Notes: generated by a model from the sequence alone, not told the origin. Numbered from the stretch's first letter, positions 10,626-22,075 are shown. The stretch: 64,000 nt of DNA from Planctomycetales bacterium (GCA_037441675.1 JBBIRS010000002.1:199249-263248), one strand, 5' to 3'. Translations and numbers: made by a program.

Positions 10626-11285
10626 ATGAAAGAGGATAAAAATATAATTACTAAAAAGAAGTTCTATTGTGGTTTTTCTTTAATTCTATTTTTACTTCTA
10701 ACGATTTTAATGATATCCGCTTGTCCCAGACAATCCGAGAAATCAGCTCAAGAGTATGAGGCGCCAGATCATACAACAGCGAGCCCACCAAGCGAACCTG
10801 AAGAGCTGCCATCAGAGCCAGAAACAATAATGCCTGAGAAGAATGTCCTTAGAATTTGGTCTATTATGTTCGCAGATATGGGTATGATGCAGGCGAGGTA
10901 CACCGCAGATGGCGAAAACGTCAATCCGCCACTAAATATTGATGGCATCCCCGAAAACACGAAGAGCCTAGCTCTCATTATGGATGATCCTGATGCGCCA
11001 AGGGGTACTTGGGTTCACTGGGTTGTGTTCAATATACCCCCTACGATAAAGGAAATCCCTGAGAACACAGTTCCTGAAGGTGCAGTCGTGGGCAAGAACA
11101 GCTGGGGGAAAAGCGCCTACGGCGGCCCTGACCCCCCAAGTGGAATTCATCGCTATTTCTTCAAACTATATGCCCTGGACACGACCCTTGACTTGGATGC
11201 TTCCGCAACCAAAGCTAATGTTGAGAAGGCAATGGAGGGGCACATTCTAGCCCAAGCAGAGTTTGTCGGAAAATACGGTAGATAA
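10626..11285 (+). CDS. YbhB/YbcL family protein, lipoprotein form
   Basis: Hydrophobic signal ending MISA-C; Pro/Glu linker; DDPDAP, WVHW and YGGPDPPSGIHRYFFKLYALD motifs. Confidence 0.9.
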   Translation: MKEDKNIITKKKFYCGFSLILFLLLTILMISACPRQSEKSAQEYEAPDHTTASPPSEPEELPSEPETIMPEKNVLRIWSIMFADMGMMQARYTADGENVNPPLNIDGIPENTKSLALIMDDPDAPRGTWVHWVVFNIPPTIKEIPENTVPEGAVVGKNSWGKSAYGGPDPPSGIHRYFFKLYALDTTLDLDASATKANVEKAMEGHILAQAEFVGKYGR

Positions 11286-11406
11286 GATATAGATACTGAA
11301 CGGTAGGATACTTATCAAGTATGCTTTATTAACTCGGCTAGACCTCCAAAGTGCGGTGACCCCTTGAGGCGGGGGCAATCTTGTATTCCCCTAGTTAATT
11401 TCTCTA

Positions 11407-12379
11407 TCAGTTTTCGATAGCCTCAGCTCGGTATTTGTCACCTATTTTCTTCACCACCGCAAGCATTTCTATCGCGTGACGATGTGCTCCTTCAATATCA
11501 CCCTTTGAAATTAGCTCATCTAGGATATAGCCCTCAAATGGCGGCTTGAACTCCCTAAGTTTTCGCTCAAAAGCAGACTCGAAAACCTCCTCATACAATT
11601 CACCTCCTCTAGCATCACCCTTATCACCAAAGATGGGGCTTTTAATTCATCTGTCCTGACTGGCGAATCCTTTGAAGGAATTCTATCCTTGATTACGAAG
11701 AGCCAAACCAATGCTGCCCCCCCCAATGCCCCTACCGCGTGTGCGTAAATCCCGAGATTCATATTCAAATGGAGGCTGATGAAGATACCTGAAAAGACAA
11801 GCTGAAGAATGATCCACGAACCATATACCAAATGGCAGAAATATTCCTTATGTGTGGCCACAACTTGCCGGTGTAGATGTGTCCGAAGCTGAAATAATCA
11901 TACCACACAAGCGAGGTTATTCTTGCCCTTGGATAGAAAATTAAGTAAACTGCAAGACCTCCTAAGATTGCCCCACCTGCGCCTAATCCTGGTAGGTTGC
12001 TTTCATAGCCCAGAAGAACGGTGACAACGCTTGCAATAAGCCCACATAAAATGTAAAAGATGAAATTCCTGAATCTTCCGAGAAGCCATTCAACGTTGTC
12101 CCCGAAAAGCCAAAGGGCATACATATTTCCGAAAATGTGCCAGAAGTTCGCATGCATAAACATTAATGTAAACATAGTTATTCTAGCGGAATGGCTGTTC
12201 CAGGAACACTATCTACGGCAAGGATTCTCTTAGGAACTTCAGCCCATGTGTTCACGAAACCTTCAATGCCAAGGGGTGATGTCAGCTGAATGAAAAAACG
12301 AAAATGTTGGCGAGAATGAGAAGCTGGTTTACAACCGTCGCCGTGCAACTGGTGCGTAGTCACGAAGTGGTATGCCCAT
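11407..12379 (-). pseudogene. Rhomboid intramembrane protease pseudogene with C-terminal helical domain
   Basis: ATG 12379 MGIPLRDY; pieces in several frames (ORFs 12178-12363, 11765-12175, 11520-11861, 11407-11598); FMHANFWHIFGNM and LFGDNVE motifs; catalytic GASG reads GAGG; in-frame TAA at 12178-12180. Confidence 0.85.
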
Positions 12380-12514
12380 TACTGTTTGTAATCTAATATA
12401 CCACTAAACGCACCTACCTTGCAAAATTTTTGTTTCAATTTGAAAAGCCTCAGGCTTCGTGAACCACTGTGGAGTTACTTCGCGGAGCAAAGTTCTACCT
12501 AAGTTTCGGTTAAG

Positions 12515-13777
12515 TTAGAATTTGAAGTTAAAGTCAAACTGCCACCTGCGGTAATCCTTTGGCGCGGAAAGGACTTTCTCATTTGCAAAGTACGTTAGTC
12601 CTAGGGCGGTGTTCTGGGAGAGTTGATAGGCGAAGCTGAATTTGTGACCTTTACCGTCCGTTCCACCACCTATAAAGTCTGAATCGCTGAAAGCTCCAAC
12701 CACCGCATCCTTCTCAAGTCTGCGATACTCCCAACCGAAGCTCCAGCTACCAGGGGCCTTTAACTTTCCAACGGAAATGCCATAGAGGTAGCCTGTGTCG
12801 TTAGTATCTGCGTCCCTGTTCCTGACGTAGTTTCCGTAAATGCTAGTGGGGGTCTCTCCTGCGTTGAACCCGAATTCGCCGAAAAGCTCGAACTCATTGA
12901 AGTCGTTAGTGTAGTAAACATCCTTTACTGTTGGATCAGGGTCTGCGGTCATCGTGTTTCCAAAACCCTTGGTGGAATCTACCAAGCCCTTGTTTCCCTT
13001 CATATTGGAGTAATTATGGACGCCAGCGCCGAGCGTGAACTGGCTTCCGCCTGCGGTCTTGTGAGTAACTCCAGCCTGTAAGGAAAGTATCTTTGTGTCG
13101 GATGCGCCGCTTCTCTCTTCCGCCCAGAGGTAGCCCGCGTTAAGGAAGGGTTTCGTATTCTCGTCGGAACTCGCAATCTTCAGCGCAATTCCCTCGGGAG
13201 TCAAGTCGCTATCCCAGAGTAGCTGACTACCGCCAGGGATGAAAAAAGGATTGTTCATCTTTCCGCCAATCACGCGAACCGCAGCAGTCTTGCTAGGATG
13301 CCAATCGAAGTAGGCTAGGTCAAGCCCAAAATCCTTTCTGGTAAATCCACCTCCCAAAGTTTGGTTTGTAGAAACGGGGTCAAATCCGCCTGTGGAAAGA
13401 CGAATTCCCAAATCCACTTGGTCGTTCACTTTGGCTCCAATCCCAAGCCTTAGCCTCATCCTATCCCTCTGGCGAAACTTTTTATCCTCCTCGTCAATTC
13501 CTTCAAATCGGAAACGGTAATCGCCTGAAATCTTCAACTTTTCAGCCCAAGCCGGAGCAAGTTTTACCTCTTCCTGCTTCTTGGAAACGCTTGCAAGCTC
13601 CTCCTCTAGCGCTTTGAGCCTGGCGGAAAGGTCTTCAATAATCTCTTTCTGTTCCTCTATAATTTTCCTAAGCTCTGTGATTTCCTCTTCCACATTGGAG
13701 GTTGGCTCTTCTTGTGACAACGCAGGAATGGAAACAAATAGTGCAATAACCAATGGTATAAGGTATTTCTTTATCAT
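12515..13777 (-). CDS. Outer-membrane putative porin with N-terminal coiled coil
   Basis: Signal peptide, coiled coil, ISGDYRFRFE, DPVSTNQT, alternating beta-strands, C-terminal Phe (QFDFNFKF). Confidence 0.88.
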   Translation of the reverse strand: MIKKYLIPLVIALFVSIPALSQEEPTSNVEEEITELRKIIEEQKEIIEDLSARLKALEEELASVSKKQEEVKLAPAWAEKLKISGDYRFRFEGIDEEDKKFRQRDRMRLRLGIGAKVNDQVDLGIRLSTGGFDPVSTNQTLGGGFTRKDFGLDLAYFDWHPSKTAAVRVIGGKMNNPFFIPGGSQLLWDSDLTPEGIALKIASSDENTKPFLNAGYLWAEERSGASDTKILSLQAGVTHKTAGGSQFTLGAGVHNYSNMKGNKGLVDSTKGFGNTMTADPDPTVKDVYYTNDFNEFELFGEFGFNAGETPTSIYGNYVRNRDADTNDTGYLYGISVGKLKAPGSWSFGWEYRRLEKDAVVGAFSDSDFIGGGTDGKGHKFSFAYQLSQNTALGLTYFANEKVLSAPKDYRRWQFDFNFKF

Positions 13778-13841
13778 AATTTCCTCCTTGATTGCTATTT
13801 TTCTGCCTTGTTTGCTTTATGTGAAAAGATGAAAGGATTGC

Positions 13842-16427
13842 TTATACCAAATTATCCAACTTTTGCACTAAGGTGAGCTTAGAGTCTATAAAGTGCTTTT
13901 CCACGGTAACAACGGTATCCATCCACCTTTGTTGGCCACCAATCGGCTCAGGGCTGTTCGGAATAATCCAGTTAGGATGAACACCGTGATTCCCTTTCCA
14001 CCAAATACGACCAAGGTCGGGCTCGTCATCCCTTCCAAAGGGGCTCTTCACGCCAGATGCATAGCGACCGTACTGCCAGTGACCTAAATGATGCGAAACG
14101 GCTATGACGCCTGGAATTATACCCTCGGTAATTCTTGCCTTAGTAACAATCTCTCCGATTTGGGACTTTATCCGTATCGTATCGCCATCGCTTATGCCAA
14201 ATTTTCTCGCTGTTACAGGATTTATCCACGCGGGATTGTCATGGTAAATCTCGGTCAAATACTTGCAGTTTTGGGTTCTTGAATGCGTCTGAGTAACGAA
14301 CTTGAAGGTCGTAAGAACAAGGCTTTTCCCGTCAAGATTTTCGTGTTCTGGAATTGGCATCCATGAAGGAATAGGTGGAAACCCCTTATCCGCCAAGAAT
14401 TGGGAGTATATTTCAAACTTGCCGGATTTGTTGATTTTATCAGGCGCAAATCCTTTGTAGGCAACGCCATCTATCATCTGCCCTACGTACTTCTTATAGG
14501 CACCGGGAGTAGTCGTATAATCCTGTCCTGGCTCCCCTTTCCATATAACGCCAGTTTTCTCATCCACGATAGTACCCTTTAGCTCATCCTCGGAAAGAAC
14601 TTTTTCAAAACTGCGATAGATGGGTTTAGCGTTCTTGTCATACCAAACACCGTATTTTCTCATAAAGTCAAAACCGCCAGCTTCTCTAACGCCTGGCGTG
14701 TTTCCGCAAGCATCACGCACAAACTCCTCGTGTGATGCAAATCCGAGGGGTCTGCCGACCATACCTGCAAGCTCGCAGGCAACATCAGCAAAGTCTCTCG
14801 CTTCTCCAAGCGGGTTTATGGCAGGTTGCCGAATGTAATACTCCGGAATCTGGTCGTAGGAAACATGGTCTTCCAATGTCCATCTTTCTGGATAAGTGGC
14901 ATCAGGAAGAATCAAATCAGCAAGATGCGCTGACTCGCTATAGTAGGGCGTAACAGCAACGTGAAAAGGAACCAGCTCCTCATCCTGAAGAACCTCTATG
15001 TTTCCCTGACAGTTGCCATTTACGTATACAGGATTGTAACAGTATGTTATATAGACATCTGGTCTGCCGTTCTTGCCTTCCTTTATCATCCTAAAGACCT
15101 GATTGCTAACGTTATGAGTGGGATAGGCTATTCCCTCACCATCAAGGATGTTTAACGCCTTAGGCTTCTCCACGAAGTGGGGTTCGGGAAATGTGGATAC
15201 CCACTTTGGCGCGACTGGTTTACACCTTCCGCCTTTAACGTCAATATTTCCGCAGAGAGCCTCCAGCATCAAGATTGCCCTTTCCGTTTGAACTCCGTTG
15301 TAGTGGGCAATCGCGCCACGATAGGAAACAATCGTTCCAGGTTTAGCTTTAGCGTAGGCAAGAGCAAGGCTACGAATCTTTTCCGCCTTCACACCACTAA
15401 CGCCCTCCGCCCATTCTGGTGTGTATGGTGCCAGATGCTCCTTGAGCTGGGGAATTGTTACATTCGTCCACTTGTTTATGAACAACTCATCATAAAGACC
15501 TGCTTCAATCACCGAGTTCGCCATCGCTAGCACAACTGCTAAATCCGTGCCAGGCTTAATTGGAATCCATTCGGTTGATTTGGCAGCGGTATTTGAAAGC
15601 CGAACGTCAAAGGTGTAAAGCGGAACGCCTCTTGATAGAGCGGATGTTACTCGCTGATTAAAAACATTGTGGGAAGTATGAGTCTCAAAAAAATTGCAAC
15701 CAAAGTTGAGTATAAGGTTTGTATTTTCAACATCATTAACGTCGTAATGCTTGCCCCACGTTAGCTCCTGAGCAACCCACTTGCCGCCTTCGCAAATAGA
15801 GGTGTGATTACCAATGGTTTCCGAGCCAAGAGCCTTCATAAATATATTTTTGAGGATGGTTGCGTGACTTCCTTTCATTCGGCCATAGTGGAACATAATC
15901 TTCTCGGGGGTGCCCTCATCCAAATTCTTCTTTATCCTTTCAGCGACAATTCCAAGGGCTTCATCCCAGGAGACTCTTTCCCACCGCCCTCCACCCCTTG
16001 GGGTTCCGTTGACCCTTCTCATCGGAAAGAAGATTCTGTCAGGGTTGTAAACTTGGCTAACAGCTCCATGCGCCTTATTGCATATTTTGCCACGAGTCCT
16101 GAGGGAGTTGGGATTTCCCTCCACGTGAGTTAGAATGCCATTTTTAACGAAAAACCAGAGGGAGCATCTAGTCACGCACTGCCAACAGGCAGAAGGAACC
16201 ACACCGGGAGGAGGCTCGATCCACCCGTTAACTCCCTGCGAGTTAGAGTAACCACTAGCTGGCGGTGGCGAGACTAGATTGGAGGCTCCGAATGCTATGC
16301 GCCTTGCTAATGCACCTCCACTGAAAATCAACGGAATTATTGCAGATAAGCCACTTCTCAGAAACTCCCGCCTGTTAAATTCCCTTATGTTAAACGCACA
16401 ATCATTCAAGCTTCTGTTGCGCTTCAT
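13842..16427 (-). CDS. Tat-exported Mo/W-bisPGD (DMSO reductase family) catalytic subunit, Ttr/Arr-related clade
   Basis: Tat motif NRREFLR; 4Fe-4S motif CWQCVTRC...C; SWDEAL; probable Cys ligand in GNHTSIC; ADLILPDATYPER; HSRTQN and WINP..A...GI.DGD in domain IV. Confidence 0.92.
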   Translation of the reverse strand: MKRNRSLNDCAFNIREFNRREFLRSGLSAIIPLIFSGGALARRIAFGASNLVSPPPASGYSNSQGVNGWIEPPPGVVPSACWQCVTRCSLWFFVKNGILTHVEGNPNSLRTRGKICNKAHGAVSQVYNPDRIFFPMRRVNGTPRGGGRWERVSWDEALGIVAERIKKNLDEGTPEKIMFHYGRMKGSHATILKNIFMKALGSETIGNHTSICEGGKWVAQELTWGKHYDVNDVENTNLILNFGCNFFETHTSHNVFNQRVTSALSRGVPLYTFDVRLSNTAAKSTEWIPIKPGTDLAVVLAMANSVIEAGLYDELFINKWTNVTIPQLKEHLAPYTPEWAEGVSGVKAEKIRSLALAYAKAKPGTIVSYRGAIAHYNGVQTERAILMLEALCGNIDVKGGRCKPVAPKWVSTFPEPHFVEKPKALNILDGEGIAYPTHNVSNQVFRMIKEGKNGRPDVYITYCYNPVYVNGNCQGNIEVLQDEELVPFHVAVTPYYSESAHLADLILPDATYPERWTLEDHVSYDQIPEYYIRQPAINPLGEARDFADVACELAGMVGRPLGFASHEEFVRDACGNTPGVREAGGFDFMRKYGVWYDKNAKPIYRSFEKVLSEDELKGTIVDEKTGVIWKGEPGQDYTTTPGAYKKYVGQMIDGVAYKGFAPDKINKSGKFEIYSQFLADKGFPPIPSWMPIPEHENLDGKSLVLTTFKFVTQTHSRTQNCKYLTEIYHDNPAWINPVTARKFGISDGDTIRIKSQIGEIVTKARITEGIIPGVIAVSHHLGHWQYGRYASGVKSPFGRDDEPDLGRIWWKGNHGVHPNWIIPNSPEPIGGQQRWMDTVVTVEKHFIDSKLTLVQKLDNLV

Positions 16428-17259
16428 CCTTTATACACCTCCCGTTCTGGTAAACGCCTTTGAGCTCCTCTTCAGTCATCCCAATGTAAAAACACTTCGG
16501 TTCTGTGTTGATGCTTTCATCTCTGTATCTAAGGCTAGGCAAAGTGAGAATACTCTTGCCTTCCCTTCTTGCACTGGCAAGCGCCTTTGAAATGTCGCTA
16601 CTTGGATCATTCAAGTTCCCGAAGAACCGAGCGCTATGGGGGCAGGCTTTCACGCAAGCAGGCTTATCACCAGAATCCACTCTATGTACGCAGAGGGAGC
16701 ATTTATTTGCCCGGTATCCGTTCTCGGTCTCAACGAGAGACCTTACCTGGTACGGGCAAAGGGCAACGCAGGCGCCGCAACCGATGCATCTATCGTCGTA
16801 TGCGTCCATCAAGCCGTTATCAACCAGAACTAAGCCATCTGGACGCTTGTAAGTCGCTCGCTTTTCATACTCAATCTTCTCACCGTTTGGTGCAATGTAA
16901 AGCGCCTTCTTTGGCTCCACGGGACACCTGCTAATGCAGATTGGCCTCTCGCAATGGTTGCAAAGCCAGGGAAGGAATAGCCTCTTCACTGAGGGGAATT
17001 TGCCCTTCTCGTGGATTATGACTTGGTTCCTGAAAACTCCCAGTGGAACATCAAATTCCTCTTTGCAGGCAACCGCGCAGGCAAAACATCCCTTGCATCT
17101 ATTAAGGTCTATGAGAAATCCATAACGGGGTTTCTTTGCACTTTTCTCTTTGGCAGTATCTGGGGCTATTACACTTTCAACCAGAACCGCCGCAGAACCC
17201 ATCGCCAGGGCGCCTTCCTTGATGAACTGCCTTCTTGTTATTGAAGTTACTTCATCCAT
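16402..17259 (-). CDS. 4x[4Fe-4S] electron-transfer subunit (TtrB/DmsB/NrfC type) with its own Tat signal
   Basis: TRRQFIK; CKGCFACAVAC, CNHCERPICISRC, CIGCGACVALC, CSLC...CVKAC; overlaps the start of the catalytic subunit. Confidence 0.93.
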   Translation of the reverse strand: MDEVTSITRRQFIKEGALAMGSAAVLVESVIAPDTAKEKSAKKPRYGFLIDLNRCKGCFACAVACKEEFDVPLGVFRNQVIIHEKGKFPSVKRLFLPWLCNHCERPICISRCPVEPKKALYIAPNGEKIEYEKRATYKRPDGLVLVDNGLMDAYDDRCIGCGACVALCPYQVRSLVETENGYRANKCSLCVHRVDSGDKPACVKACPHSARFFGNLNDPSSDISKALASARREGKSILTLPSLRYRDESINTEPKCFYIGMTEEELKGVYQNGRCIKDEAQQKLE

Positions 17260-17608
17260 AGTGAAATTCCTTGTGATAAGAGACTCTTATTATAAGTTAA
17301 TATTATAACAAATATTCATTCAATCATCCAATATTTCGCAGAGAATTTAACAGTCATTCGGCTTAGTCTCATATACCGTGAACGGAAAGCTTAGAAAGCA
17401 ATAGCGTTATCATAGAAAGCTCGAACTAGATTTTGATTATTTAGACCTTAGTGATCATTAAAGTTGACGCCAACCAAATCCATCAACTCAGTCGCTAGTC
17501 TACTCATAAAAATAAACCTATTTACAAAACACCAAGTGACTGGTTCGACGGGGACTTCTTTTTATGAGGTGTGTGTAATTTACGAAAAGCTTAAATTATC
17601 GTTATTGT

Positions 17609-17729
17609 GGAAAAGGACATAGGCGAGGACCAGCCCAAAGCTGGCAAGCGTCCGTGATCCAAATAGAGGTACTGTGGGGTGCGAACTCGTATCGCGCTGA
17701 AGCGGCGGGGCGCAAGTCCCCACCCTACA
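17609..17729. repeat. REP-like cluster (one GGATCACGG-type and one GTAG-type element)
   Basis: Reverse complement of 17672-17729 (tgtagggtggggacttgcgccccgccgcttcagcgcgatacgagttcgcaccccacag) aligns with 58506-58563. Reverse complement of 17609-17670 (tatttggatcacgg...tcgcctatgtcctt) matches 35712-35792. Confidence 0.8.
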
Positions 17730-17739
17730 GGGTCAAAAC

Positions 17740-18676
17740 GTCACCACGTAATTCAAATACTAATTGTCATTTGCAGTGAATTGGGCGAAGAATGCGGACT
17801 TATCCGCCCCGCCGAAGAAGTTCATCCCCACCGTCACGGTCGTTCTATCGTCAACTTTGTAGCTCACCTCGGGTTTGAAGGTTGAATGCATAGGCGTTCA
17901 GACGTGGATAAAACATCACCGCGCTCTGGAACACCTTGCCAAACTTCATCGCCGGTTGACGCCAATAACCCCGATTAGCGTAGAATTAGGCGTCCCAATC
18001 ACCGTGCTTCCTTCTGATTTTGAGGGCGAGTTCAATGTTCCCCACTTTCGGCTTTGGGCGGAGGTAGGAGCGGTCGGGAATCTGCGGTATCGGGTCAAAG
18101 TAAAGCACGCGGCTCCCATCAGGCACTTTATCCTTCGTGAAGAATGGCACTGCGATAATCTCAAAGCTCGTCTCGCCAGAGTACTAGTTCAACTTGAGAG
18201 CGTCAACACCTGGTTTAAGAAAGTCAAGCGGCATTCCCGGAAGAAGAGCGTCCCAGTTCTTAGGCCAAACCTCTGCGATGAAAAAGAGGTCGCCTACTCC
18301 CCAAGTGATTCACTGCCTGCCATATCGCATATCCCACTTCTCCGCATAGTAACCAAATAGCTTCACGCAAATCCCCCTTCCACGCTCCCTCAGTGGCATC
18401 TTGATAAAGGTCTAGTTTAAAGAAGGCACGATAATCGGGGAAGTATGGCAGGGGAAAGCTCTCAAGGCGAAGACGCTCTTCCGCGCGCATTAGCTTCTGT
18501 TCAGATGCGCTCTGACCAGGGTAGTCAGCTGGATTTGCTCCTCCAATGCGAGCTGAGTAATTGCTCTGCCAGAATCCATGAACCTCAACCGCCATAGCTT
18601 GCCCTATTGCTTGTGGAGTTAGAATAATTGTTAAACCCACTAATAGGACAATCTTGGCAGGAACTCGTTTCATCAT
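17740..18676 (-). pseudogene. Outer-membrane beta-barrel pseudogene (DUF1302-like partner of MMPL/LolA-like loci)
   Basis: Signal peptide MMKRVPAK..AMA-VEVHGF; fragments GRQ*ITWGVGDLFF, PGVDALKLN*, FYPRLNAYAF, KPEVSYKVDD..VTVGMNFFGG..FAQF..NDN; several stops and frameshifts plus an apparent internal deletion. Confidence 0.65.
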
Positions 18677-18689
18677 TGAAGCCATTACT

Positions 18690-19471
18690 GCGGCGGGCGC
18701 TAAAGATTTTTTCATGAATGCCGATGTTGTACTTAATTCCGCTGAACGTAACAATTGTTCTGTGCCCAGTCTTCACAGTTCTCATCATCCGAAGGGTTGC
18801 GGTGGGAATACCCTGTATCGTTTCAATCTTATCCGAGGTGAAGACACGGTAAAGCTCGCCCTGCTTGTCGTAATACTCCTCCTTTAGCGGAGAAAAGTTG
18901 CCTTGTCAATCCAGCGAAGAACATAGGAGTATTCCGTTACGTTGCCCTTGGGAATGGATTTAATCATAAAGACGGGATTACCGTTAAAATTATCATCTTT
19001 CACGTACTCGTGTTTGTCTTCGCCAACCTCCCTACCGGAGACGTCTTCATAGTTAAAGTCTGATCCGACAAAACTTGAGCGCTTATCATTAGCGGCGATG
19101 CGCTTTACCATTCTAACCGCGGGAATGAAAAGCCAGCGGTCGTCGTCCTTGCCAATGTTCTTCCATACCATAAAAGCCGTATCCCTCAGGTCTCCGGGCT
19201 CGCTGAAGTGAATGTAGTACCTCTGCTCACCGCCTTCCTTGATGTCCTTTCGGAGGATTGTCAGCTTGCGAGCTCGCTCCTTTCCGTCCTTATTGATAAG
19301 GCGCATAGAAACCTGCGCTCGCCAATCATCTCCGCCCTAGTAGTAAGCCAAGTAGCTCTTTTTAATAACTTCGTCCGCGTTGATTTGCGCTGCTGCTGAC
19401 GAACTTAACAGGCAAACAGCTAAAGTGGTGAACACCGTCCCTAGTAATACGAAAGTAATGCGTGGATTCAT
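18690..19471 (-). pseudogene. LolA-like outer-membrane lipoprotein-sorting protein pseudogene
   Basis: ATG 19471 signal peptide; TAG at 19337-19339 (AYY*GGDD); DDRWLFIPA..VKRIA..DKRSSFVGSDFNYED; frameshift near 18888 into EEYYDKQGELYR. Confidence 0.85.
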
Positions 19472-19689
19472 CAGTTAGCCTCCTGTTTGACATGAATGTC
19501 TGGGCAGGAACGAAGTCCTCCCCAATAAAGAAACGTCATCATCAGACACCAATTCGTGAAAGCTGACTTGAAAAGATTGAAGCCTACAAGGGCTGTAAAG
19601 AGATACCACCAAGAGCTGACGAAATATCCAAGAGAAAGGGAGAGAAGAACAAAAACTCCATCAATTCCTCTTAGAACTCTTTCCAACAT
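19471..19689 (-). CDS. DUF2892 (YgaP-like) small membrane protein
   Basis: ERVLR..G..VL, VGFNL.KSAFTNWC.M pattern; two TM helices. Confidence 0.8.
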   Translation of the reverse strand: MLERVLRGIDGVFVLLSLSLGYFVSSWWYLFTALVGFNLFKSAFTNWCLMMTFLYWGGLRSCPDIHVKQEAN

Positions 19690-19695
19690 TTTTGG

Positions 19696-22075
19696 TTAAA
19701 CCTCCTTAAAGAAATATTTTTCAAATAGACTAATCACTCCTGGTAGGAGTATGAGCGTGGCAATTCCAGATAAAAGCATAATCGTGAAGAGATATACACC
19801 AACTGTCTCGTAAGAAGTGAGAGGGGCGAATAAAAGGGACGTAAAGCCGATAGCAATTATTACCGCGTTTCGCATAATCGCAAGGGCAGGACCGTTGAAG
19901 ATGGAGCCTACAACTTCTCTAGCTGCTCCACCTTCACTTCCTCGCTGTTTGAATCTCTGCAGGAAATGGATGGCGTAGTCCACTGCGATCCCCAGCGTCA
20001 TTGAAGAAAGTACAGCTAGTGGCATATCGTAGTCCTTGCCGACGATGCCAATAAAGCCATAGCTCATAGCGATTGTGAAGGTGAGTGGAATCATTGACGC
20101 AAGTCCCCACACTAGACTCCTAAAAAGAAATGCCATTAGGAGAAAGACTATTAGAAATGAGCCCAAGAACGACCTCATCATCCCCACCACCATTTTCTCT
20201 TGCCAAACTACGTTCAGGTAAGTTAGCCCAGCCCATTTTAGAGTAAAGCCCACCGGTGGCGGATACTTTTTCGCAAAGTCTGCCACATCTCTCTCAACCG
20301 CAGTCATTTTCTGGTTGTCTCCGCTTTTCATCTGCACCCAGATGTTCGCGCTCGTGAATTCACAGTCAACGAAGTTGTCAAGCTCGTTTGGATCCCCACT
20401 GCTTTGAAAGAGAAAAAGAAACTGACTAATCGCATCGGATGAGCCAGGAAGGGAATAAGTTCCCTCCGCTTGCTCGCTTACTTCGTATCTAACAAGCTTA
20501 ACAATATCAGCGATTGAAGTGGTTTTACCGATTACCGGTTTTTTGCGCAAGTTTCTCTTGAAGCGCCTCTATATACCGCATAACCTCCGGCTCTTTAACG
20601 CCGTCAGGTATTCTGCCCCTAAGGACTAGATATGCGCTGTAAGTTCCAGCGAAATTCTCATTCATCAACCATTCCGCAACTCTTATCTCGTGGTAAGGCT
20701 TGAACCACCTAACGGGATTATCGTTAACGTTGATTCTTGTGATTCCATAGATGATTCCATAGACCGCCAGCGCGGATAGGAAAAGAGTTATCGCCCAGAT
20801 AAACTTTGCGTTGCTGAAGCTGAAATGCCCAATCTGATTGAGAAGACCTTTGCTCTGTGGGCATTCCGAAATCCCTATTGGGTCATCTATACTTTCTCCA
20901 CCATCAAGAGCCACAAAAGTATGCTGAAAGGCGTCAGTCCGCTTGAGAGCATTCTCTCATCTTCCCATCAGGAGGAAGAATGCTGGAATAAACCTCATAG
21001 TTAAGAACCATGCAACCATTACTTTAAATGCCACAAACATTCCGAAAACAAAGACAGGCGTAATTAGCGCTAGCCCTAGCGTAGCGAAGCCCACAGCGGT
21101 CGTGAGCGATGTGAAGAACATAGCCACAAAATGAGCGTTTATAACGAACCTGATAGTACTTGGCCTATCATTGAATCTCCCGCGACAGTCGTGAAATTCC
21201 GAAAGAATATGAACGCTGTCAAGAACCGAAATTGGGAGTAGAAATATTGGAATCATTGAGCTCATTATGTGAACTGTAAAGCCAAGGCCACTTAAAAGTC
21301 CCATCGTCCAGATGATGGAAAGTATGGCGACAATCATCGGAGCAATTATCAGCGAGAGACTTTTGAAGAACCAGAGAGGTATGAGAAATACCAAAAGACC
21401 TGCAAGGGGAGCGGATATCGCCATTTGCAGGAACATTTCATAACCGAACTGATCTTTCGCAATGGGCAGACCCGCTATGTGATGCTCTTCCTTTACTCCT
21501 TCCTCCTTTATGATTCGCTCTATCTCTTTGCTTATGCGGTAGCTTTGGTTCTTTTCCTCAATGGGAATATAAATTGTGAGAGCCCTTCCATCCTCGAATA
21601 CAAGCTTTCCAGCGGAAAGGGGGTTACTTAGAATTGTCTCACGCACAGTTTCCGCCTGTTCTCGGGACAAAATCTCACCTTCCACAAAGCGAGATACAAT
21701 TAGAAAACCTCCAGCATTTGTTATGTTGTCTGATGTGCTTGGACTTATCAAATCTTCAATGAGGACGCCGTCAATTTGGGCTATTCTCTCGGTGATTCTC
21801 CTCAGTCGGTTTAGAGTGTCAGGGGTAAAAACCCCATTTATGCTCTTATCATCAAACACGCCGAGAACTATGAGGTCATTGACGCCAAAAGTTTCTTTAA
21901 CCTCCCTATGAAAAAGTCGCAAGGGCTCGTCATAGGGAAGCATATTCTCGGAGTCGGTGTCAATCTTCACGCGGAGGAATCCAAGGGCAAAAATGGGAGT
22001 AAGTAGAAACGAAAGCCAAACTATTAGCCACTGCTTTTAAAGGCAGAATTCAACAAGCCAATTTGCCTTTCGCAT
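19696..22075 (-). pseudogene. MMPL/RND family transporter pseudogene
   Basis: ATG 22075, TAA at 22037-22039, then three out-of-frame ORFs (20957-21970, 20525-20914, 19696-20550) with SVLDSVH, FTSLTTAVGF and GIAVDYAIHF motifs. Confidence 0.9.

Noticed and set aside
17679..18360. ORFs 17679-17885 and 17875-18360 as genes
   Set aside because: They are antisense to the beta-barrel pseudogene and overlap a REP element; no recognisable motifs.
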